A stretch of 56,421 nucleotides of DNA from a virus (lineage: Duplodnaviria; Caudoviricetes), in the IMG/VR virus record IMGVR_UViG_3300026484_000465, positions 1-56,421 of that record; one strand, given 5' to 3'. The first letter of the stretch is position 1, and each line of letters opens with the position of its first letter. Position numbers and translations under genes: made by a program. Shown piece after piece: positions 48,926 through 56,421 of the stretch. The notes below the pieces were generated by a model. The model made no database searches, was not told the DNA's origin, and worked only from the letters and a program-made list of their open reading frames with translations.

Positions 48926-49086
48926 TGAAAAAAAATACTTCAAAAGTAGGTAATGAATTAAGAAAGTTAGCAAGCAATATATCTTCAGGGAAAATACAAA
49001 TTGAAGGTAACTTATCTTTTAGAGAACTTTCTAAAACTGCTACAATTAATAGATTACAAATATTAATGGGTGTCATTAAAAACTAA
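48925..49086 (+). CDS. 53-aa protein with two K-x-A motifs
   Basis: Not in ORF track. TAATG overlaps at both ends; LRKLA and LSKTA. Confidence 0.65.
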   Translation: MKKNTSKVGNELRKLASNISSGKIQIEGNLSFRELSKTATINRLQILMGVIKN

Positions 49087-50555
49087 TGGCCATAACGGTA
49101 GATGATGACATCATTTATGTGGATGATGGAGAATATTCTTTTAATGACATATATGAAAAAGTAAAATCAGACTTTAATGATGATGCTCAAAAAGCAGGTA
49201 ACAACTTTTATTATTTTAACTACAATATTGTAGTGGGTAAAAATACTGCGGCTACATTAAAAGATTTGAATGTATCAGTTTGGATTGATAAAGAAAATTT
49301 TCAAATACATCAAGACTCAACTCTCCAATTAGGGGAGTTAATTGATAACAAGCCTGCCAATGGATGCAAGATAAATATGCCTAACGTTAAATTAGGATAT
49401 GGTTTTGGATGTTCCAATAAAGATGGTGATTATACATTGTCTGGTGACTTGTATATCTACGATAGTTATCTTGATATATTTGGCTTTTGGGGGTTTTTTA
49501 ATGACCCAGAAAAACAAAAAGTAGAAATAATAGATACCACAATAAATGGGTTTGGAAGATTTTCTGGTAAAGAATCTGTAATTGAAAATGTTATTTTTGT
49601 TAATGCTCATAAAAAATACGGGACAATATCAACTCTCGGAGCAATAAATAAAATAAGCAATATTCAGATAAATCACACAGATAAAGATAATGATGGTGTG
49701 TGTTTTTATTTTAATGGAGATGTATCTGGAAATTGTTTAATTAATAATATTTCCTTACCTGGAGATTATAAAACTTTACTTTATTGTGAAGAGGCTGATA
49801 ATGATAAGTTTTTCACAATTCTTAACACAAATATTGAGAATGTGGAATGTGATTTTAAGGATGAACACAGTTACTTGTTAATAAAGAATTCTATTACCTT
49901 ATTACCCGATGAGGATGATTATAGTGTACAGATATTCGATTCATCAAACAATAAAATAGATGAGTTTAATACGAACGATAGAACCACAACAGAATTATTA
50001 TATAGAAAGAAAAATAAAGATAATGATATTTTTTACGAAAATTATAAGGTAATTATAAACAATAATATAGAATTCAGAATAACACCTTCTAACGCTCTAA
50101 ATATTCCTATACAATCTATCTATAAAAAAATGAGACCATTGTGGGATACTCCATTTTTCTATGGAGAAGAAGAAACTATTTATTTAGGAGATCTATACTC
50201 ATTTATTGTTAAATCTTATAGCAAACCAGAAATAAAACTATATAAAACAGGTAACGGAGTTATGTGTGAACCAGATAATATAACTGAACAAAGTGTAGAA
50301 AATTTATGGAAAGTAACTTTTTTGATAGGAGAATTGGGGGAAGAGACTGAAGATGGAGAAAAATGGGTTGATGGTGTTTATTATTTAAAAGGGATAGATA
50401 ATAGTAGTGAACAGGTATTTACTAAAGTAATTTATATCAGAAGAGAAGAAGAAAAAGATTCTAATAAAACAGATGTTAATAAAATAATTAATTTAATTAA
50501 AGACACTTCCGGTAATCTTTCTTCAAATAATAATGGCGGTAAAATAATTATGTAA
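49086..50555 (+). CDS. Acidic beta-rich (possible beta-helix) virion protein
   Basis: LYIYDSYL, VEIIDTTI, IENVIF, ISNIQI, INNISL rungs. Confidence 0.5.
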   Translation: MAITVDDDIIYVDDGEYSFNDIYEKVKSDFNDDAQKAGNNFYYFNYNIVVGKNTAATLKDLNVSVWIDKENFQIHQDSTLQLGELIDNKPANGCKINMPNVKLGYGFGCSNKDGDYTLSGDLYIYDSYLDIFGFWGFFNDPEKQKVEIIDTTINGFGRFSGKESVIENVIFVNAHKKYGTISTLGAINKISNIQINHTDKDNDGVCFYFNGDVSGNCLINNISLPGDYKTLLYCEEADNDKFFTILNTNIENVECDFKDEHSYLLIKNSITLLPDEDDYSVQIFDSSNNKIDEFNTNDRTTTELLYRKKNKDNDIFYENYKVIINNNIEFRITPSNALNIPIQSIYKKMRPLWDTPFFYGEEETIYLGDLYSFIVKSYSKPEIKLYKTGNGVMCEPDNITEQSVENLWKVTFLIGELGEETEDGEKWVDGVYYLKGIDNSSEQVFTKVIYIRREEEKDSNKTDVNKIINLIKDTSGNLSSNNNGGKIIM

Positions 50556-50624
50556 AGCATCTTTTTGTAAAAGAAAATAAAATAGGTATAATACAACCCT
50601 TACATCAAAAAAAAAGGATAAAAA

Positions 50625-51272
50625 ATGACAAAATGGTTTATAAACAAATCAAATAGATTTTTGATTACTACTGACAGAGACAGTATGAATGTTAACGATT
50701 GGGAAGTTTTTATAACTGACATAGTTGAGAAAACTTCTAGTGAAGAAACATCAAATGTTGAGATAAGTGAAATTATTGTTGATGTTGAAGATGTCGAAGG
50801 TGCTATAGCTTCAGATTCTGCTGCTGGAACAAGAGTTATCCATTTGGATACAGATAAAGGGGCTAAATTTAAAGTTGGAGACAAAATAAAAATACCTACA
50901 GTTGATGGTGATGATTACAGAGAAATAAAATCAATTAGTGGTGACGATATTGTTATTTACAAAAAATTATCTGCTGATGTTAAAGCTGATACAGATGACA
51001 ATGGAGAAAATGATAATAAAATTACATTAGTTGGTAACACAGGTGACTATGTTGTAAAAGTTACATCTTCTGATTTGTCTACACCATTAGAATCAGGTAA
51101 AGATTACCAAGTAATGGTACAATCTAGAGACTTACAAATGGATATGAAATCTGAAGTATTCCATGTAACACCTTATGATATAGATGAGTTGGGTGATGAC
51201 TTAGATGAAATCAAAGGTAAGATTGATGAATTAAGCAACAATACTACAACATCGGGAAGAATATTTATTTAG
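50625..51272 (+). CDS. Acidic virion protein
   Basis: Own promoter and RBS; FKVGDKIKI...REIKSISGDDIVI domain as in tail proteins; C-terminal short coiled coil. Confidence 0.55.
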   Translation: MTKWFINKSNRFLITTDRDSMNVNDWEVFITDIVEKTSSEETSNVEISEIIVDVEDVEGAIASDSAAGTRVIHLDTDKGAKFKVGDKIKIPTVDGDDYREIKSISGDDIVIYKKLSADVKADTDDNGENDNKITLVGNTGDYVVKVTSSDLSTPLESGKDYQVMVQSRDLQMDMKSEVFHVTPYDIDELGDDLDEIKGKIDELSNNTTTSGRIFI

Positions 51273-51286
51273 TAAAAGGATAGAAA

Positions 51287-51655
51287 ATGGCTGATAAAAA
51301 TTATAGATTCTCGGAATGTTATATTAGAGTAAAGAGTCAAGCATTTTTTATTTCTAAAACAAATTTAGTTGGTGAGAAACTTCCGGAAGGGATTCAAGTT
51401 ACAACTAACACTATTACAGGTATGTTGATAAAAAGAGTAGGGACTAAACAAGTATTGTTTATTGATAGTTCTTTAGAACAAAAAGGGAGATTTGATTACT
51501 CTTTTGTTTTATTTGATGAAGCAGACAAAAACAAAAAAGTTTTAGAACAAAATAAAAAAGTACTATCAAATCTTGTTAATGATCTATTTGTAGATATTCC
51601 ACCATTCTTTCCAGTAGAAGATAGTGAAGATAGTGAAGAGAGTGAAAGTAAATAA
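51287..51655 (+). CDS. Hypothetical protein
   Basis: AAGGA RBS; acidic EDSEDSEES tail; pyrimidine-rich terminator-like tract follows. Confidence 0.6.
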   Translation: MADKNYRFSECYIRVKSQAFFISKTNLVGEKLPEGIQVTTNTITGMLIKRVGTKQVLFIDSSLEQKGRFDYSFVLFDEADKNKKVLEQNKKVLSNLVNDLFVDIPPFFPVEDSEDSEESESK

Positions 51656-51735
51656 TCTCACTTACTTTCTTCTCCTCTTTTTTTGAATTCATTTATGTTA
51701 TAATATGATAAAAATAAATTATTAAAGGATAATAA

Positions 51736-52497
51736 ATGAATTCTACTTCTTTTTTATACAAAAAGGCGGGGCTTTATGAACAGCAATCCAATAGAGAACT
51801 GCCTCCCATAAAAACAACTCCACCAGAAGAAAAACAAAGTATTTTGCAAAACATTAAAAATAAATTTAATAAAGCAACTGACCTTGTTGCAACAAAAGCA
51901 GAAAATGGAATATTAAGACAACAACTTAAAAGTCAAACTGATAATGTTGACGAATGGAAAAGCAGACATGCAAATGTGTTTGAAGAACTAAATAAAACAA
52001 AAACTTCTTTGGATGATTTAGAAGCTTCTAAAATGGAATTAGAGGCTAGGCTAAAAAGACAGATTGGGGCATTAAGAAGATTAAAACATGAAGATAAAAT
52101 TCAAAACAAACAACAAGTTATGGCATTGGAAAATCAAATAAATCATTTATCAGGTCAAATATCTGCTCACTCAAAAACTATTTCAAACTACAAACAACAA
52201 TTAAAGTCAGCAGAGGAGATTATTAATGATAATACTCAAGATATAATACAGAAAGAAAATACAATAAAAACATTAAAAACAACTCTTGATGGACACAAAG
52301 AAGAAATAGTTGGTTTAAATAAAAGATTGGATGAACATAAGAACACTATAGAAGAGCTAACTAAAACTCTTGGAAAAACAGAAACTTCAAATAAGTATCT
52401 TAAATGGGGAGCAGGAATTGCTATCCCAACAGTAGGAATGGGAGGATATTTAATGGGTAAATCAAGTAATTCAACAGGAGGAAATAATGCTAACTAA
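51736..52497 (+). CDS. Coiled-coil protein with LYKKA leader and C-terminal Gly-rich membrane segment
   Basis: MNSTSFLYKKA; long heptad region; WGAGIAIPTVGMGGYLMG. Confidence 0.65.
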   Translation: MNSTSFLYKKAGLYEQQSNRELPPIKTTPPEEKQSILQNIKNKFNKATDLVATKAENGILRQQLKSQTDNVDEWKSRHANVFEELNKTKTSLDDLEASKMELEARLKRQIGALRRLKHEDKIQNKQQVMALENQINHLSGQISAHSKTISNYKQQLKSAEEIINDNTQDIIQKENTIKTLKTTLDGHKEEIVGLNKRLDEHKNTIEELTKTLGKTETSNKYLKWGAGIAIPTVGMGGYLMGKSSNSTGGNNAN

Positions 52498-53152
52498 ATA
52501 CATTGACGGAGATGCTTACTTAGTAACGCCAGCACATGCTAAACATTGTAATGGTAGTTGTGATTGGTTACAAAAAGAAGCTAGTGTAACACCAGAATCA
52601 GTACATTTTTTTGACAATTTAAAACCAAAACCAGACCATGTGTATCTATTAACAATAGCAATGACAGCAGGAGAATTTTTTGGAGCTAACAAAAATGGAG
52701 ACTATTTTAGAGAACAGGATCTAAAAAAATATTACAAAGATTTTAAAGGTGCTGGAGTTTTCTGGAATCACGACAACAAAGATATGAGTAAATCAAGTGG
52801 AAAAGTTATTGAGGCTTTCTACAATGAACATATGCATAGAGTTGAATTAATTATAGAGTTCCATAAAGATAAAGCTAGATATATTCCTAGTTATATAAAA
52901 GATAAAAAACCTATAGCAGTTTCAATGGGATTAAAAACATCATCGGAAGTATGTTGTATATGTGGTAATGTTACAAGAAATAGTTATGCTACCAGATGTA
53001 GTCATCTTAAATATCAAATGAATCAAGTTCTTGATGATGGAAGAAAAGTTTATGCTATAAGTAATACACCTCTTAAGATATTTGATATTTCTGTTGTTTT
53101 CAATCCAGCTGACAGAACTGCTTATACTTTATACACAAAATCAGGAACTTAA
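52487..53152 (+). CDS. Prohead maturation protease (HK97/assemblin-like) with Cys/His zinc-binding insert
   Basis: NKNGDYF, VFWNHD (His), GKV, AVSMG (Ser), CCICG...CSH, FDISVVFNPAD. Confidence 0.75.
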   Translation: MLTKYIDGDAYLVTPAHAKHCNGSCDWLQKEASVTPESVHFFDNLKPKPDHVYLLTIAMTAGEFFGANKNGDYFREQDLKKYYKDFKGAGVFWNHDNKDMSKSSGKVIEAFYNEHMHRVELIIEFHKDKARYIPSYIKDKKPIAVSMGLKTSSEVCCICGNVTRNSYATRCSHLKYQMNQVLDDGRKVYAISNTPLKIFDISVVFNPADRTAYTLYTKSGT

Positions 53153-53174
53153 TCTAAAAAAAGAACAGGAGGGA

Positions 53175-53456
53175 TTAACCCACTAGGGTCATTGTCCCAT
53201 CTTTGTTCAAATTATAAGCGATACAATCGCTTATATCCTGTCCCTTTTTCCCCAACAACACTTTGAACTGGGCTTCTTTTGCCCCGTTCCATGTTAGGGT
53301 CGCTGGGTCTATCGACGCCAGCTGATTCCCTTCAGTGGTGAAGAGAGACCATTTACCCTCTTGCACCCTTACTCTGAAGGGAACTGGATCTCCCCATGGG
53401 AGCTGCAATTCTGCAACCCCCATAGAGGAGAACAACTTTAAGTCAATTTTTGCCAT
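53175..53456 (-). CDS. Hypothetical protein of atypically high GC
   Basis: Start moved to ATG 53456 after AAGGAG; 93 aa. Confidence 0.65.
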   Translation of the reverse strand: MAKIDLKLFSSMGVAELQLPWGDPVPFRVRVQEGKWSLFTTEGNQLASIDPATLTWNGAKEAQFKVLLGKKGQDISDCIAYNLNKDGTMTLVG

Positions 53457-53549
53457 TTTTTCTCCTTTTTTTTTGGATTTTTCGGCTATATATATATAAC
53501 CCATTAAGTAAGTTTTTTTTGATATAATAATACAAAAAAAAGGATTACA

Positions 53550-53981
53550 ATGAATGCGAGTGAATTTATTAAGGTGGCCTCTAACAAAGACGTAGACAAA
53601 AGATATGACATAAATCCATATGATGTAGCAGAGTTAGCAGGAGCCGCGGGTACGGTAGGCGGGGCAGGGTATGCCGGATATAACCATATTAAAAAGCACA
53701 ATGATAGGGAAGCTATTAAAGAAAACATGTTAGAAAAAGCTTTAAAAAACAGTTCTGATAAAGAGAAAAAAAGCATTATGAAAGCTATTGAGCAAGATGC
53801 TGAAGATTACTTTAAAAACAAAACTGAAAATATTTTAAGCTCATACAAAGCCTCTGGGGTTGAAAAAGAATTTAAAGATTTAGCACAAAGAGAACATGGA
53901 ATGCCAAAAAAAATAGCATTAGGAAGTATGCTTGGTGGAGGCGCTGTTATGATTGGTTCTAACTTGATGAATGATGAATAA
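53550..53981 (+). CDS. Glycine-zipper protein with FIKVA leader
   Basis: MNASEFIKVA; LAGAAGTVGGAGYAG and IALGSMLGGGAVMIG; TGaTATAAT promoter. Confidence 0.7.
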   Translation: MNASEFIKVASNKDVDKRYDINPYDVAELAGAAGTVGGAGYAGYNHIKKHNDREAIKENMLEKALKNSSDKEKKSIMKAIEQDAEDYFKNKTENILSSYKASGVEKEFKDLAQREHGMPKKIALGSMLGGGAVMIGSNLMNDE

Positions 53982-54033
53982 TTGCTATATATAGGTTTTT
54001 TTGGTATAATTCAAAAAAAATTAAAATAAAGGA
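53982..54033 (+). promoter_or_regulatory. Sigma70-type promoter plus RBS
   Basis: TTGCTA (53982-53987), N17, TGg-TATAAT (54005-54010). Confidence 0.7.
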
Positions 54034-54039
54034 AATAAA

Positions 54040-54744
54040 ATGGCAGAGAACATCAAAGCAGAAGAAAATAATAAGGACGAAACACCTTTTATTATTGTAC
54101 ACCCCATGTCTATTGTTTTAAACAATATTTTGATTAAGTATACTTCTGAGCAAATAGAAAAATTAAGCAGCGAAGATTTGATAGAAGCTAAAATAAATTT
54201 AGAATTAAACCAAAACACTTTTATCAAAATGGAGTTAAAAAAAGAAACTGAAGATTTCTTTAAAACAGGTTCTATTGTAGCAGCAGGCACTTCTATTCCG
54301 TTAAGAAAAGAAATATTTGTTTTCCCTGACAATATTGGAGTAATGAGTTTTAGAGTGTTTTATAAATTAATGGAGCTACACAGTAAAGAAACAGACAAGA
54401 AAGATGTTAATATTGAAGATTATATTAATAAAAAAGAGTTGCTTCAAGCAGCAAAAGAAAATAAAGTTGTAGAGCTACTAAAATCTAAGCCTATTTTAAT
54501 TCAAGTAACTGAAGATATGTTTGTTGTTATAGGAAAAATGACAAAAGTAACTTGGGATATTTTATCAGCAGAAAATAATGTAGTAACAACAATTAGACTA
54601 TACAATAATCCTCAAGACTTTATTCCAGGATATGCATTATTAACATCACAATCATTAGGAATGATAAAAGATGTAATTGATAATGGTGGTATTGTTGAGC
54701 TAGAAAAAGATTTTGCTGAGTTATTAAAACCTAACAACGGATAA
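54040..54744 (+). CDS. Hypothetical protein
   Basis: Promoter, RBS, 234 aa. Confidence 0.6.
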   Translation: MAENIKAEENNKDETPFIIVHPMSIVLNNILIKYTSEQIEKLSSEDLIEAKINLELNQNTFIKMELKKETEDFFKTGSIVAAGTSIPLRKEIFVFPDNIGVMSFRVFYKLMELHSKETDKKDVNIEDYINKKELLQAAKENKVVELLKSKPILIQVTEDMFVVIGKMTKVTWDILSAENNVVTTIRLYNNPQDFIPGYALLTSQSLGMIKDVIDNGGIVELEKDFAELLKPNNG

Positions 54745-54747
54745 ATA

Positions 54748-55182
54748 ATGAGAGGGATATCTTATGTGTATATCATAAAGATGACACAAGATGAATTAAA
54801 TGACTATGTTGTAAAAGCAAAAGAAGCAGGGTTAATTTACCATCCTGCTCATTTTGTTTACTCTATGAAGAACACAGAAGGGGAAGTTTTTGAATATAAA
54901 TTTAGACCTCTAAGCGAAAACAATGGTTTATCAAGAGATTCGATAATTTCTAGAAGATCAGTAGGTATAGTTATTGTTACTCCATATGTAATGGAAATTC
55001 CACATAAAACATATGAGAGTGTTGCAAGAAAAATAAAAAATATTTTATTAGACATAGGTTTACCAAAACCTGAACTTGTAACAGATTTTAAAGACACAAA
55101 TAAACAAATAAATGTTGGCACTATGTATAATGAAATAAAACAAAGTGGCAATGATTTTATTATATTAAATAAAGGATTTTAA
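54748..55182 (+). CDS. Hypothetical protein
   Basis: Coupled to upstream gene. Confidence 0.6.
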   Translation: MRGISYVYIIKMTQDELNDYVVKAKEAGLIYHPAHFVYSMKNTEGEVFEYKFRPLSENNGLSRDSIISRRSVGIVIVTPYVMEIPHKTYESVARKIKNILLDIGLPKPELVTDFKDTNKQINVGTMYNEIKQSGNDFIILNKGF

Positions 55183-55410
55183 ATGTTAGTTTTATTAAAA
55201 ACAGAAGATGGTAGAGATAAAGCAGTTAATTTAGATAATGCAGAGTTTGAAGTCCAACCTTCAGAAACAGATGCTAGTATGATGCATTTTAAAATATTTA
55301 AAAATAACGAATTAGTGATTGAGAGTATGATAAGGGAAGAAACTTATCACAATATATTAGAAACTCTTCAAGGACAGAACAAAATAATTATAGCTAACCA
55401 TAAGAATTGA
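55183..55410 (+). CDS. Hypothetical protein
   Basis: AAGGA RBS, 75 aa. Confidence 0.6.
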   Translation: MLVLLKTEDGRDKAVNLDNAEFEVQPSETDASMMHFKIFKNNELVIESMIREETYHNILETLQGQNKIIIANHKN

Positions 55411-55461
55411 TTATACATACAAGCCTTTTTTTAGTATAATTACTAAAAAAAAGGACTTTGT

Positions 55462-55668
55462 ATGTTAGATAAAAATACTGCTTTATCAAATGACTTCTAT
55501 ATAGACTATCTAATAAAAAAACAAGAGCAAAAAAATGATGCTATAATAACTACAATGAGTGGAGACTATTATGGAAAAATAGTTGCTGTTAATAATGAAA
55601 TAGTTATTGTTAAACAAGAAGGTAAAAACATAAAAATTGATGCCTCAAGCATTTTGGATGTTCAATAA
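55462..55668 (+). CDS. Small protein with possible Sm/Hfq-like fold
   Basis: N-terminal helix then AIITTMSG-YYGKIVAVN-IVIVK-IKID-SILDV strands; own TATAAT and RBS. Confidence 0.45.
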   Translation: MLDKNTALSNDFYIDYLIKKQEQKNDAIITTMSGDYYGKIVAVNNEIVIVKQEGKNIKIDASSILDVQ

Positions 55669-55679
55669 AAGGGTGATAT

Positions 55680-56421
55680 ATGGGTTTTACGAAATTAGAT
55701 TCTTCTCCTGAAGAAAAAAACAAAGAAACAATAAAAGAAATTATTCCTATTATAGAAAAACATTTTCCTTTAAGCGGGAATTTTTATACATTAGATTTAA
55801 AAAATTTTACAGTAAAAGAAAATAATGCTTCTATGAATGAAATTAAAAATACTATATTAAAAGGTGGAAGTATTTTTAATGAGGTTTACGCTGATGCTAC
55901 ACTTATAAAAAATCAAAATAAAAAAGTTATTGATAGAAAGAAAAAAGTATTAGTGATGAAAATACCAGCTTTTACTAAGAAGCTAAGTTATATTATTGAT
56001 GGAAATTCTTTTACTATTCCTAATCAACAAAGATTAAAGCCTGGTGCTTATTTAGTGGAAAGAAAGAATGGTGAGATTGTAACAATTTTCAACACTAAAG
56101 AAAATAAACAATTTAAGTTAAAATTAAATCCAGAAACAGGTATTTTTTATTTTGACATAGGTAGTAGCAACATACCAGCTGTATCCATTCTAAAAGCAAT
56201 GGGAATGAGTGATACCGAAGGAGAACAAGCATTAGGTAAAGAATTATATAAAACAAATATAGAAAAAAGTTCTCCAGATGATCTTGATAAATTCTTAAAC
56301 AAATCTTACTCTTTACCAAAAGAGATAAGTGATAAAACTCCTCAAGAAAAAATTAAATATTTATTTAGCAAAATGAAAGTCGACCCCGATGTAACACATA
56401 GAAACTTTAATGTAAAAACAG
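55680..56421 (+). CDS. Phage-encoded multi-subunit RNA polymerase beta-like subunit, N-terminal part (runs off right end)
   Basis: Not in ORF track. Open from ATG 55680 to the end; MKIPAFTKKLSYIIDGNSFTIPNQQRLKPGAY parallels RpoB IPLMT..GTFVING.ERV.VSQL.RSPGV; IPAVSILKAMG parallels LPATIILRAL. Confidence 0.75.
   Translation, partial: MGFTKLDSSPEEKNKETIKEIIPIIEKHFPLSGNFYTLDLKNFTVKENNASMNEIKNTILKGGSIFNEVYADATLIKNQNKKVIDRKKKVLVMKIPAFTKKLSYIIDGNSFTIPNQQRLKPGAYLVERKNGEIVTIFNTKENKQFKLKLNPETGIFYFDIGSSNIPAVSILKAMGMSDTEGEQALGKELYKTNIEKSSPDDLDKFLNKSYSLPKEISDKTPQEKIKYLFSKMKVDPDVTHRNFNVKT

Noticed and set aside
4367-53981. Bacteriocin/microcin precursor cluster
   Set aside because: No double-glycine leader, ABC transporter or modifying enzymes; the same motif is in capsid-linked proteins and the prohead protease, favouring virion processing
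55183-55410. FlbD/SwrD-like protein
   Set aside because: Only a vague N-terminal resemblance; not supportable without a profile search
6045-56319. Short ORFs nested in or antisense to long genes (e.g. 6045, 9667, 10485, 22315, 31520, 32475, 33263, 43131, 50600, 54021, 56113)
   Set aside because: They overlap well-supported genes, lack RBS and have the composition expected of reverse-frame shadows

Overview
Very AT-rich segment of a large contractile-tailed (myovirus-type) phage genome, almost entirely virion morphogenesis genes. Left to right: tail appendage/receptor-binding genes (1.1-22 kb), neck, sheath, tube, spike, a tail assembly chaperone with a GGGAAAG -1 frameshift, tape measure and baseplate genes (22.5-41.3 kb), head decoration and major capsid genes (42.3-45 kb), an HU-like gene, a prohead protease (52.5 kb) and, running off the right end and absent from the ORF track, the N-terminus of a multi-subunit RNA polymerase beta-like subunit (from 55680). 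Terminase, portal, tRNAs and CRISPR arrays were not seen. The most striking unexplained pattern is a dispersed family of about 15 proteins carrying a hydrophobic-x-K-x-A motif. It occurs either as a roughly 10-residue N-terminal leader (MRSFNLIKTA, MRAFELIKTA, MKSFNLIKTA, MNASEFIKVA...) on otherwise divergent glycine-zipper proteins, most with their own promoter, or in many copies in scaffold-like proteins. I infer a capsid-targeting/protease-processing system that loads membrane-active cargo into the head. All protein calls are from motif recognition and gene order only; no searches were run.
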